Source: Candidatus Bathyarchaeota archaeon
GTDB lineage: Archaea; Thermoproteota; Bathyarchaeia; Bathyarchaeales; Bathycorpusculaceae
DNA length: 64,000 bases
Direction: 5' to 3'
NCBI GenBank assembly: GCA_963775895.1
Contig: CAVZKL010000012.1
Location: 1 to 64,000 of the forward strand
The notes below the pieces were generated by a model. It was given only the letters and a program-made list of their open reading frames with translations, ran no database searches and had not been told where the DNA came from. Positions within the stretch are counted from its first letter, which is position 1; each line of letters opens with the position of its first letter. The position numbers and the translations under genes are program-made. This document shows positions 29,208 to 39,296 of the stretch, piece after piece.

Positions 29208-30127
29208 CGGTACACTCCTTCTCTGGCCAAACGATAAAGTCCAGCCACCTTGAGTATTTTGACGTCCACCTCGCGAGGACTGTTGAATAGCAGCACTCTT
29301 CCACCATAGTAGCTACAGCCTGCCTTTATGTCTTTCAAAAGTTTGTGAACTTGGCTGTCATATTCCTTTTTTAGCTCGGAAGTGTCAACAACCGTTTTCT
29401 GGAATTCTTCGTTTTCTGTGAGAGTCAGCCAACCAACGTCAGGAAGTTTGATCTCGCTCTCGTCCGCTATCAAGAATATGTTCACCATGTGACCAGCGGC
29501 CCACATGAGTCGGTTGAAGAAGACAAAGTCGCTGGCCTCATGATTAATGTCTGTGATCAGGTTCACGATCGATCTCCTCGTAAGTGCTCGAGCCACCTCA
29601 ACAGCCATGGTTCTGAGGTTCGAAGTTTCACTTGCCCTGTACGATCTGCACAGCGTGCTCAAAACCCGATACGCCTGTTCAACGCTTCGAGCGGGGGGAA
29701 GGAAGAATTCGATCTTGTCCTTGAAAGAGGCCAAACCCACGTGATCGCCTCTTTTCTGCGCAAGATCCGCTATCACCAAGGCGAGTCTAACGGCGGTGGG
29801 AACTTTGTCTCTGTACTCCATGCTGCCACTCTGATCCAAAATCAACAGGATGTTTAGATTCTTCTCTTCTCGGTATTGTTTTATGAAAAGAGGGTTCTCT
29901 CCGTCGGGTTTGGGAGGCGTTCGTGCGGTGACGCTCCATTCTATCCGTCTGTAATCATCGCCGAAACTGTACTCTCTTGTGCCCTCATATTCTATACCCA
30001 AGCCCAGGTAATGGCTCGGATGCTCACCTTGAAGCGTGGTTTTGACCTTGCTCTTGATTTCGATAAGCGTTTTCTTTCGGTTTTTGCAGATTTCCAGTAT
30101 GCGTTGTTTCGGCGGTCCGTTAGGCAC
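29204..30127 (-). CDS. DUF58 family protein
   Basis: G.G.EY...REY..GDD.R.I.W.VTAR, KQY.EE, DQSGSM. Confidence 0.93.
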   Translation of the reverse strand: MPNGPPKQRILEICKNRKKTLIEIKSKVKTTLQGEHPSHYLGLGIEYEGTREYSFGDDYRRIEWSVTARTPPKPDGENPLFIKQYREEKNLNILLILDQSGSMEYRDKVPTAVRLALVIADLAQKRGDHVGLASFKDKIEFFLPPARSVEQAYRVLSTLCRSYRASETSNLRTMAVEVARALTRRSIVNLITDINHEASDFVFFNRLMWAAGHMVNIFLIADESEIKLPDVGWLTLTENEEFQKTVVDTSELKKEYDSQVHKLLKDIKAGCSYYGGRVLLFNSPREVDVKILKVAGLYRLAREGVYR

Positions 30128-31112
30128 TCTTAGTCACCGATTTTCTCACTATCCTAAGGACCGTTCTTATCACGTCTTCAGGCTGAGCTCCTTCAATTAC
30201 CATTTCAGCCTTCAAAATCAATCTGTGATTAAGCACGGCGTAAGCCACGTCTTCGACATCTTCTATTTGAACTACGTCTCTGTCCAGGCAGGCAGCGTAA
30301 GCTTTGGCCGTTTTCATCAAGAAGATACCGGCTCGAGGACTTGCCCCCCAGTTCACCTCTTCTCTGGCCCTGGTGTACCTGACCACGTCTGCAATGTATT
30401 GTTTGATCAGAGGGGGAACAGTGACTTTTTCCGCTATCATCGCCTGCATTTTGCAGATTTGAAGAGGGTCATCAATGACAGTCTTGAACTCTTCAACTGG
30501 ATCGCTCAACCGCAACTCATGCAAATCAAGAACTTTGATCTCATCCTCAAGAGTTGAAGGGTATCCCATCTTGATTTTCATTATGAAACGGTCGAGCTGA
30601 GCCTCAGGCAACGGATAGGTTCCTTCTTGTTCTATAGGGTTTTGCGTGGCCATCACAAAGAACGGTTCGTTAAGAGCATAAGTTGTCCCGCCGATCGTCA
30701 CTTCCCTTTCTTGCATGGCCTGCAGCAACGCGGATTGGGTCCGCGGAACCGCCCTGTTTATTTCATCGACCAAGAGAAAATTCGTGAAAACCGGCCCAAA
30801 ATGTGGGCGAAAATCCTGTTTTTTTGGATCATAAATCAATGTTCCAACGACATCAGTGGGCATAAGATCTGGCGTGCATTGAATTCTGCTAAAGGCTTTC
30901 TCTGCTCCGAGATTCAAGGCTTTTGCGAGGCCTTTGGCGATCGTGGTTTTGGCGATTCCAGGAACTCCTTCGAGGAGTATGTGTCCTCTTGCAAGCAAGG
31001 CGGCTAAGGCAAGTCTTATTTCAGTTTCATATCCGATTACGGCTTGTTCAAATTCGGCCAGGAGATTGTCGTAGAGCGCTTTGACGACTGACAGATCATT
31101 CGTTGAAGACAA
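30120..31112 (-). CDS. moxR: MoxR family AAA+ ATPase
   Basis: GHILLEGVPGIAKT, RIQCTPDLMP.D, DEINRA.P.TQSALL.AMQE, TQNPIEQEGTYPLPEAQLDRF, GASPR. Confidence 0.97.
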   Translation of the reverse strand: MSSTNDLSVVKALYDNLLAEFEQAVIGYETEIRLALAALLARGHILLEGVPGIAKTTIAKGLAKALNLGAEKAFSRIQCTPDLMPTDVVGTLIYDPKKQDFRPHFGPVFTNFLLVDEINRAVPRTQSALLQAMQEREVTIGGTTYALNEPFFVMATQNPIEQEGTYPLPEAQLDRFIMKIKMGYPSTLEDEIKVLDLHELRLSDPVEEFKTVIDDPLQICKMQAMIAEKVTVPPLIKQYIADVVRYTRAREEVNWGASPRAGIFLMKTAKAYAACLDRDVVQIEDVEDVAYAVLNHRLILKAEMVIEGAQPEDVIRTVLRIVRKSVTKSA

Positions 31113-32078
31113 TTAGAACCCTTCGGATCTGCATTCAGAAAGCGTTTTTCTCAGTATGACAACGTCGCCTATTTTGGCGATTGCATTCCAAGGAATGTCC
31201 ATGACGAAATCTTTGACACTGCGGTCGATCAATAGTTCGTCAGGCACTTTGAAAGTCATTCTGGTCTTCTGCATGAAACCGTCCAATTCGGTTTTTGATA
31301 TGCGGTAGACGCGATCCCCCTCGCCCACCTTGAAGTATTTCATCAGTGCTTCCACTATGTCTGGCCTGCCAGTGTTATCCAGATATTTGATTAACCAGCT
31401 GAGGCTGACTGAGTCACTCGGTTTCAATGCGTATATCCTAATTCCTGGGGCATTCTGGAACAAAACGACTGAATCCAGATACCCAAGAGCATGTCCCTTA
31501 GAGTCTATGACGAGCTTGTCCTTTATCGTATCTGTGTTTCGGAAAGCAACGGTTTTCTGAACCGGAATCTTTCTGAAAGCGGCTTCTTTGGGTTCCTGCA
31601 GAAGGACGATTTTTATTACGCCTGAGACATCCTTCGTTCCCACTGTCGATATGCCTATCGCCTTCACGTCTTGCAGAAGTGTCTTGCCCTTGGGCTCCTT
31701 TCTACCTTCAGTCGCTTTTTTGGTTCGGATTTCGATTCCCGTACGTTCAGCATATTCTATGTAATGCTTGTCCATGATGGGCTCGTCGGGTTTCAGACCC
31801 AATTCCTTTCGGATGTCTCGAATCAGTACATCAGTAGGAGACAGCTTCTGAAGCCTTTCAGCCAGAAAGGTTAACTTGACTTTCTTCAGCAATTCCGCTT
31901 TTAGTGCATCTACGTCCACGATAGTCTTTTCATCAGGTCTGTCCTCATACACAAGAAGGCTGACTTCATCCTCGTCGATGTTAATCTTTCCCACTTTTCC
32001 ATAAATGTATCCTTCCGAATCGACAACGATGGAATCGAGCAACTCGTCCTCCCGATACGCCCGTTCCATTCTCCTCAC
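31113..32078 (-). CDS. Tandem PRC-barrel-like protein
   Basis: ELLDSIVVDSEG..YGKV..I.I and IKDKLVIDSKG..LG.LDSVV; C-terminal IPWNAIAKIGDVVIL. Confidence 0.7.
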   Translation of the reverse strand: MRRMERAYREDELLDSIVVDSEGYIYGKVGKINIDEDEVSLLVYEDRPDEKTIVDVDALKAELLKKVKLTFLAERLQKLSPTDVLIRDIRKELGLKPDEPIMDKHYIEYAERTGIEIRTKKATEGRKEPKGKTLLQDVKAIGISTVGTKDVSGVIKIVLLQEPKEAAFRKIPVQKTVAFRNTDTIKDKLVIDSKGHALGYLDSVVLFQNAPGIRIYALKPSDSVSLSWLIKYLDNTGRPDIVEALMKYFKVGEGDRVYRISKTELDGFMQKTRMTFKVPDELLIDRSVKDFVMDIPWNAIAKIGDVVILRKTLSECRSEGF

Positions 32079-32113
32079 AACAACGTTATTAGTTCCTTTC
32101 CAATTTTAAAAGC

Positions 32114-33533
32114 TTGATGGCAGCGCTGCGAAGGAAGATCAGGGCTCCAGACCCATCAAGAATGATGAGAATCGGCGGCTACTTTTTGCTAGTCGGCATT
32201 CTGATCGGCATCACCCTAGGAGTTTACGCTCTTTTTAACCCTCATTTCTTTCTGACTTTCCTCAACATAAGCGAATATGAAGCCACATCCTTTTTCCTAG
32301 GAATCTATCTCCCAACCTTGGTCATTATCGTCGGAGTTGGATACGTATTCGCCACAAGGTCGAGCCCAAACAGCCCAAACATGCGCCATACTAGTGTTCT
32401 CTCAGCTTTGATAGTCTTATGCTTGAGCCTTGCCTCACTTTCAATCTTCAACGTTCTAGCAGTGCTAGGAGGCGTTATTGCGCTGGCCGCCGTGATTCTT
32501 GCTCAAGCTCAACCTTCTTTCAAAGTTCTTTGGAAAAGGGAAGCATGTTTCTTCGTTCAAACAGGAAACATCTTGATCGTGTCGGCTTCGACACTTTTCC
32601 TGCTTATGTTGGCAATATCAAAGCTGCTTCAAACGTATTCAGCCGGGGTTTACCAATTTAACTATAGCTACCCTCTCGTTCTCATGGTTATCGCGGTTCT
32701 CTCTGCGCTGACCTTCGTGGTAACGCCTCGAATAGGCTTGCAAGGGTCCAAGGTCGGGCTCTGTGGAGTTCTTGCCTTGGCTGTAGGCGTGGCATCCTTC
32801 GTCTCGGCAGCTCAGAACGATTACGTTTACTCAAGTCCCGCGGTTTACCAAGGACTCTTCCTATTGGGGGCGGGAGTCGTTATGACTTTGATTGGCGCGC
32901 TAGCCTACTTCAAACTGTCACTGTCTGGAGAACTACTACCCTCAACATTGAACCCGTCCTTCGCATACAAAGGGAGGCACTGCCCCCATTGCGGCGCATC
33001 CTGGACAAATCCCAATCAACAGTCTCTGCTCAAACTGTAGACAAAGCCTCTATTCAGAACAGGCAATATCTTTCTGTCCCCATTGCGGACGGTTGGTTCA
33101 AAAAAACGTCAACAACTGCCCTCACTGCGGCGCTGATGTTACGAGCCTGCCCGTGCACATCTCGGTGGAGACTCCACGAGAGAAGGGGCTGTTCTCAAGA
33201 ATATTGGACAGTTTTGAGTTGACTATGAAAGAGTTTGTAATGATTCTCGTTCTATGGGTCCTGTTCAATTTCTTGTCATACATAAGTTATATTCGAACAG
33301 AAGCAACAAACCTCGGCTACACTCTCATCAGCCACTACGGCGTTCCTCTAGAGTGGTTAGAGGTCATTGCGGCTGGGACAGACTTCCAGGCCCGAAACGG
33401 CGGGTACGAGAGGCTGTTTGATCTGCAGGGAATTGGAATCGCTTGGGCACCACTGATCCTGGACTTGACGATCTATTTTCTGCTGGCCTTTTTCATGGTG
33501 TACGGAGCTGTAAAACTCCGATTGAAAAGGTGA
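32114..33533 (+). CDS. Polytopic membrane protein with an internal double-Zn-ribbon; frameshift near 33020
   Basis: About 8 TM, then CPHC..CSNC..CPHC..CPHC across the frameshift, then further TMs. Confidence 0.7.
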
Positions 33534-33647
33534 CAACTGGAGTTCACCGCGCGCGAGAGGACTAATTCCAAGAAAACCGTCACTGGAACATTGTTCCGCA
33601 AACAATTTAGGGTGAACTGCCCCGAAGATATGGATTGGAGGGACGAT

Positions 33648-33884
33648 ATGTTGCAGACGAGCAAGTTGTTTAGAGTTGACTTGACAAAGATAAGAGGACA
33701 AGGTGATTTTAACTGTCCCAAGTGCGGAACAAGAATCTCTCCAGACGATAGGAGCGAAAAAACTTACAAGATCCTTGGAACGTTCATGAAAGAAAACGAG
33801 TTGGACAGTGTGACGTTGCAGTGTGTTAGGTGTGAAAGCGAGATACACCTCGTCGGCTTCAACACACTGCGCATAGACAAGTGA
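33648..33884 (+). CDS. Small Zn-ribbon protein
   Basis: GDFNCPKCG.RISPDD...CVRC; GGAGG upstream of ATG 33648. Confidence 0.75.
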   Translation: MLQTSKLFRVDLTKIRGQGDFNCPKCGTRISPDDRSEKTYKILGTFMKENELDSVTLQCVRCESEIHLVGFNTLRIDK

Positions 33885-33980
33885 GAAGCCTCGGCCGCCG
33901 ATACGCGGAGTCGACCACTCTTTCGTCTTTTGGCTTCTTCATTCAATGGAGTGGACGCTCGTTAGCGTTCCGATGAGGAG

Positions 33981-35378
33981 TCAGAGGTCATGTTCTTCCA
34001 GGTACACCGGGGCGCTCGATTCCCATCCGGCCTTCGAGTGGAGGAAGCCCTCTAGGCTCGAGATTGCATCTTCTTCTCCGTGAGTTATGAAAACGTGTTT
34101 CGGCGGGGATTTGAAGTTGTTGAGCCAGCGTTGCAGGTCGTTCATGTCTGCATGGGCAGATAGTCCATCGGCGCTTTCTATCTTTATCCGCACGGGATAG
34201 GACTGACCGAGGATTCGAACGGGAGAAACGCCGTCTAATATCTGCCGTCCCAGCGTCCCAGCAGCCTGATACCCCACAAAAAGAAGCGTGGATTCGGGGC
34301 GAGTTATCTCTCTGACCAAATGGTGCTTGATTCTTCCTCCGGTAATCATTCCCGAACCGGCCATTATGATGGCTGATTCTTTGATCTGGTTGATTGCCTT
34401 GGATGCTTCAACGGACTCTACGAGGTTCAGCCCTGGAAAATCGAAGGGAGATTGCCCGTATTCAAAGGACTCGGGCGTCTTCTTTTCGAAATACTTCGTG
34501 TATTCTTCAAAGATCTTCGTGATTTCCACTGCCATCGGGCTGTCGAGAAAGATTGTGACGTAGGGTATCTTCTTCGCACGCGCTAGGCGATTGAAGTGAT
34601 AGAGCAGCTCTTGAGCACGCTCTATGGCAAAAGTGGGGATGAGAAGGTTGCCGCCTGATCGCAGAGTCTCGTTGACGGCGCCGCAGAGTTTATCATCAGC
34701 GTCTTGTGGGCTTTCGTGATTGCGGTTTCCGTAGGTCGATTCCATGACCACATAGTCTGCTCGATCAAAAACAGCAGGATCACTGAGAAGAGGATTATTC
34801 CACTGGCCTATGTCCCCTGAAAATACGATGTTGCGAGAACCATTCCCGTCTTGAACAACTATTTCAACCATTGCCGAACCGAGGATATGGCCGGCATCGT
34901 GGAAACACACCTTGATCTTCTCGTTCAATTGGAGAAATTCCTCGTACGAAAGATCCTTCACTAACGGAAAACATTTCTCAGCTTCTTCAGTTGTGTACAA
35001 AGGGATTTCTGGATGCGGTCCCTCTCGGCCTTCTTTTTCATGGCGTTTTTTCTTGAAGACAGCGTCTTCTTCTTGCATTCTAGCGGAATCTTTGATGACT
35101 ATCGGAAACAATTCTTTGGATGCTTGGGTCATCAAGATGGTTCCAGCAAACCCTTCCTTGACAAGTTTCGGGATGAGCCCGCAATGATCCAAGTGAACGT
35201 GCGTGAGAAGAAGATACTGGATCTGATCTGGAGGAACGGGGAACGGCTCCCAGTTCCTGTACAAATAGTCTCTTTCCTGATAGAGGCCACAGTCCACGAG
35301 GATTCTCAGTCCATCGGACTCAAGAAAGTAGCATGATCCCGTCACTTGACGCGTCGCGCCCAAGAACTTGATCTTCAT
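33981..35378 (-). CDS. MBL-fold beta-CASP ribonuclease (TTHA0252-like, no KH domains)
   Basis: FLGA..VTGS, VDCGLYQ, THVHLDH.G, AGHILGS, SGDIG, MESTYG.R.H, SGM..GGRI.HH, VGYQA.GT.GR, SAHAD, HGE. Confidence 0.93.
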   Translation of the reverse strand: MKIKFLGATRQVTGSCYFLESDGLRILVDCGLYQERDYLYRNWEPFPVPPDQIQYLLLTHVHLDHCGLIPKLVKEGFAGTILMTQASKELFPIVIKDSARMQEEDAVFKKKRHEKEGREGPHPEIPLYTTEEAEKCFPLVKDLSYEEFLQLNEKIKVCFHDAGHILGSAMVEIVVQDGNGSRNIVFSGDIGQWNNPLLSDPAVFDRADYVVMESTYGNRNHESPQDADDKLCGAVNETLRSGGNLLIPTFAIERAQELLYHFNRLARAKKIPYVTIFLDSPMAVEITKIFEEYTKYFEKKTPESFEYGQSPFDFPGLNLVESVEASKAINQIKESAIIMAGSGMITGGRIKHHLVREITRPESTLLFVGYQAAGTLGRQILDGVSPVRILGQSYPVRIKIESADGLSAHADMNDLQRWLNNFKSPPKHVFITHGEEDAISSLEGFLHSKAGWESSAPVYLEEHDL

Positions 35379-35565
35379 AGCATTGACATTGTTTATTCCT
35401 GCCCTATCAGTCCTTCGCCTCGCTCAGCGAAACAGGAAGGACTACCCCTAAAGTCCTTGAAAGCTCGTTTGTCTTCAGAAAAAGAAGGGAACTACGCGCG
35501 GACGCCCAAAAGATATAAGCCTCTGATGGTATGAGTGGCCATGTCTACGTTTTGAAGGAATTGGT

Positions 35566-36383
35566 TTGATGTTTGTTTCCAAACGGCTGGTAGCAAACGC
35601 TATTCTTGTCATGGCCGCCGTGGTTGTGTCAACCACGATTTTTCTGTTCCTTTTCATGTCCGTCAGTGTGGCCGATGTCGCAGATTACACGTTCTACGCG
35701 ACGCTGCCTACTGCCATAAACTTGGCTGCTGCATATGTGCTGGCGAAAGGCTACCTAGCTCATGGTCAAGCACCTATACTAGTCTTTGGCGGTGCGAATC
35801 TTGTTTTGGGTTTGGTTGGTGTGACGGATATCTTCTTCACTTTTTACGAATCTACCTTGGTCCAAGCTTGGCTCTAGGGAGCACTGGTGGTCTGCTCTTT
35901 TCGTCGCTCAACTTCTGTGGCGCGTTTCTGGCTGTTAAGGAACGAACACATTCGGAGCATTCCAGTGCAAGATCACGATTAACCATGACATATACAGTCG
36001 CTACCGTCACGATTGCCCTTCTTGGCTATTCTGCTGTTGATGGTCTTGCTTCAGCCTTCTACGCTGGTCCTTCGCTGATTATAACTTCACTCAAAGGGGC
36101 ATTCTCGGCGTTGACGACGATTCTTCTTCTCGCCTCTTCGATTCTGCTCTTTCTGAAAGGGAACCAAGACGCGAAGTCACGTTTCCTCAATTGGTACGCA
36201 ATAGGTCTGGTCTCGACAGCTCTACCGTTTCTTCTTTCTTTCTTGGATTTGTCAGGTGGTAACATTGAACTCGATAGGCTGCAAGCACTGCTAGATCTTG
36301 CGGGTTGCGCGTGTTTTTTGATTTCTGCTTTTGTTTATCTGCGGGAAAACCCGCCGATAACACACGATTCTGGGAATGGTTAA
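35566..36383 (+). CDS. Polytopic membrane protein, frameshift near 35875
   Basis: Two abutting hydrophobic ORFs, about 8 TM in total. Confidence 0.6.
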
Positions 36384-36478
36384 AACAGGCAGACCAACAG
36401 TTCTCATTCGTGAGCTACTGCCTGAAGTATTTAACAAGCTCCATCTGTTCGCGCGCGCTAACCAAAATCGGGGCGAAG

Positions 36479-36552
36479 TGGACCGGTGGGGATTTGAACC
36501 CCAGACCTCCTGAGTGCAAGTCAGGCGTTCATACCAACTGAACTACCGGCCC
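36479..36552 (-). tRNA. tRNA-Ala(TGC), intronless, CCA not encoded
   Basis: Reverse complement GGGCCGG...CCTGA-CTTGCAC-TCAGG...GGTTCAAATCC..CCGGTCC-A, with the G3:U70 pair. Confidence 0.97.
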
Positions 36553-36742
36553 TCAATTGTTCTTTCAGAAAAAACCAGCAGTAAAGACATTTAGAGCTTT
36601 CGGTGAGAACTACCGTACCTTGCCACTAATACAAAGCGAAACTTTCGATATGGTAAAGATGAGCCTTGATTAAGAAATAGTTTACACTAAGTGAAAAAAA
36701 GAGGAAGAACGACTCGTTCTATGCGAAGGAGATTAGTCTAAT

Positions 36743-36883
36743 CTAGAATCTTCGACTTGGGCCACGTTTCTTAGACCAGCACTCTCGGCAGTAAACAGGT
36801 CTGCTTGGGTCAGGTTTGAAGGGAACTTCACATTCCTTCCCACATTCAGCGCAAACTGCCTTGTGCATCTCTTTCTCTGCCAT
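36743..36883 (-). CDS. 46 aa CxxC-x17-CxxC zinc-ribbon protein (absent from the ORF track)
   Basis: MAEKEMHKAVCAECGKECEVPFKPDPSRPVYCRECWSKKRGPSRRF*; GGAG upstream. Confidence 0.92.
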   Translation of the reverse strand: MAEKEMHKAVCAECGKECEVPFKPDPSRPVYCRECWSKKRGPSRRF

Positions 36884-37071
36884 TTTGCATTTTCAACTCC
36901 TATTACGTATTGTGCAAGAATCGCTTCTTGCACGGCGCAACTAAACAGATAACGTAACTTATAAAACTTGCCGTAAAGAAGAAACAGCGTTCCACGCAGA
37001 CAAAACCTTGGAGTTGGCATTACGCTTTTAAGCACAACCGTGTTCTTTGATTCTTTCTCACGGTGACTCAG

Positions 37072-38169
37072 ATGGTAGACTCGAGAACTGAAAAACTGGC
37101 CAAGCTCTGCGTTCAATACAGCGTAGACGTGAAGCCAGAAGAACAAGTGCTCATACAAGGAAGCGATCAGGCTCTACCGCTCATAAATGAGCTCTACAAA
37201 GAATGCCTTCTGAGAGACGCGCACCCAATAGTGCTGCCTAACCTTGACCTTCAATACACCTTCTTCAAGCACGCAAAAGAACACCAATTGAAGTTTGTTT
37301 CACCAATCGAGAAGTTCATTATTGAGAACATGGACGTCAACATAGGCATATTCTGTGAACCAAACCCCAAGGGACTTTCGACAATAGACCCCGCAAAAAC
37401 TAGGGCGCGCTCTGTCTCGAGAAAGGATCTGATGGAGATCTTTTTCAGACGCGTCGCCGAAGGTAAACTAAGATGGACTAATCTACCGTATCCAATCAGC
37501 GCCGAAGCACAGGAAGCATCCATGCCACTTGAAGAGTACGAAGACTTCGTGTACAACAGTTGCCTCGTGGACAAGGAGGACCCTGTCGCTGAATGGAAGA
37601 AAGTTCACCAACAGCAACAGAAAATCGGCGAATTCCTGAACCAAACAAGCGAGGTTCATGTCGTAGGCGAAGACACGGATTTGACGTTCAACGTCAAGGG
37701 CAGAAAATGGATAAACTGCAGCGGAAAAGAGAACATGCCAGACGGTGAAGTCTTTACTGGTCCAATCGAAAACTCCACGAATGGCACGATAAGGTTCACC
37801 TATCCGGGAATCTACGCTGGCAGAGAAGTTGAAGACATAAAACTCGCTTTCAAAGACGGAAGAGTCGTAAAGGCTTCAGCAGCAAAAAGCGACGACTTCC
37901 TACAGCAAATGCTGAAGATAGAAGGAGCCGATCGCCTCGGAGAAGCCTCGATAGGAACCAACTACAGCATAACGAGATTCACAAAGAACATGCTCTTCGA
38001 CGAAAAAATGGGCGGAACGATACACATGGCTTTGGGAAACTCTTATCCAGAATCAGGAGGCAAAAACGAATCTGCCATCCACTGGGACATACTCAAAGAC
38101 ATGAAGAAAGACGGAGAAATCTACGCAGACAACAAACTCTTCTACAAAAACGGCAAATTCCTATTGTAG
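37072..38169 (+). CDS. M29 family aminopeptidase (AmpS/PepS-like)
   Basis: NMPDGEVFT.P, LGE..IG.N, LFDEKMGGT.H.ALG..Y, SAIHWD. Confidence 0.95.
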   Translation: MVDSRTEKLAKLCVQYSVDVKPEEQVLIQGSDQALPLINELYKECLLRDAHPIVLPNLDLQYTFFKHAKEHQLKFVSPIEKFIIENMDVNIGIFCEPNPKGLSTIDPAKTRARSVSRKDLMEIFFRRVAEGKLRWTNLPYPISAEAQEASMPLEEYEDFVYNSCLVDKEDPVAEWKKVHQQQQKIGEFLNQTSEVHVVGEDTDLTFNVKGRKWINCSGKENMPDGEVFTGPIENSTNGTIRFTYPGIYAGREVEDIKLAFKDGRVVKASAAKSDDFLQQMLKIEGADRLGEASIGTNYSITRFTKNMLFDEKMGGTIHMALGNSYPESGGKNESAIHWDILKDMKKDGEIYADNKLFYKNGKFLL

Positions 38170-38307
38170 ATCATAATCTCGTTTTCTCAACTCACTCACG
38201 TTTCTTGAACTTTTCCAGTTTGAAGTGAGCTAGTCCACGGAAAATCTGAATTGCGAAATCTTAAATTCAAGCCTCGTAAAATTCAGCCTTTAGAAGCGTG
38301 CAGAAAA

Positions 38308-38796
38308 ATGTTGGAGTTCAAAACCGTTAAGGTCGACGTCCCTGAGCACTGCAACGTGGTTTTGGGCATGGCGCACTTCATCAAGACGGTCGAAGATCTT
38401 TACGAAGCGTTGATCAATGCCGTGCCGGACATAAAGTTTGGAATTGGGTTCTGCGAAAGTTCAGGACCGTGTCTTGTGAGGCACGAGGGAAATGACGAAG
38501 ATCTGAGAAAGCTGGCCGCCAAGAAAGCGTATGAGATCAGTTGCGGCCACAGCTTCATAATCTACTTGAAAAACGCCTATCCTATTAACGTGCTAGACAA
38601 AGTCAGGAACGTGCCCGAAATGTGCACGATATATGCTGCTACGGCCAACCCCTTGGAAGTTATCGTTGCGGAAACTGAACAGGGACGAGGAATAATCGGT
38701 GTGGTTGATGGACTTGCGAGCAAAGGTATCGAAACACAGGAAGACATCAGAAAACGAAAAGAGTTCCTGAGAAATATCGGCTACAAACTCGGTTAA
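38308..38796 (+). CDS. DUF355 / adenosine-specific kinase family protein
   Basis: N.VLG.AHFIKTVEDL, GF.ESSG..LVR, GHSF, ATANP, GRGIIGVVDG, IGYKL. Confidence 0.92.
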   Translation: MLEFKTVKVDVPEHCNVVLGMAHFIKTVEDLYEALINAVPDIKFGIGFCESSGPCLVRHEGNDEDLRKLAAKKAYEISCGHSFIIYLKNAYPINVLDKVRNVPEMCTIYAATANPLEVIVAETEQGRGIIGVVDGLASKGIETQEDIRKRKEFLRNIGYKLG

Positions 38797-38878
38797 ATCT
38801 TACGGAGAAAAGAGATATCGCAGGGTGAAGAGGCCCCGCGAGAATCATCTTTCAAAAGAGGAGTGAAGAAAGGCTTGT

Positions 38879-39097
38879 TTATCTGTTCAAGGCTAATTGT
38901 TCTCGCAGTTCAAAGGGCATCTGGTCATTCATTTTCTGAGCCGCATAGGCAGCCAGTCTCTTAAATTGACGCTCTGTCAGAACATTCCGGGCTCTTGATA
39001 GAATTTCAAGGCATATTTCCTTAAAAACCAGGTCGGCGCATCCGTTTTTCGCGTCGTCTATCAGTTCCTTGCATGCTTGAAAGATCTGTTCATTCAT
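38879..39097 (-). CDS. Small helical hypothetical protein
   Basis: MNEQIFQACKELIDDAK..LVFKEICLEIL; GAGG upstream. Confidence 0.7.
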   Translation of the reverse strand: MNEQIFQACKELIDDAKNGCADLVFKEICLEILSRARNVLTERQFKRLAAYAAQKMNDQMPFELREQLALNR

Positions 39098-39296
39098 CCT
39101 CAATTCACCCTGCAAACATCACCTAACATCTCATGAAATTAAACACTTATGAAAACAAAAATAGAATTGAAAATCCACGTCTCACGTCAACAAAAACCTT
39201 TGCGCAACAGTGAAATCCAGTTCTCGACGAGATGCACGTACGTTAACCTTTTAAATATGGCATCGAAATATGCTACTCAAACGGAAGAATGAAACT

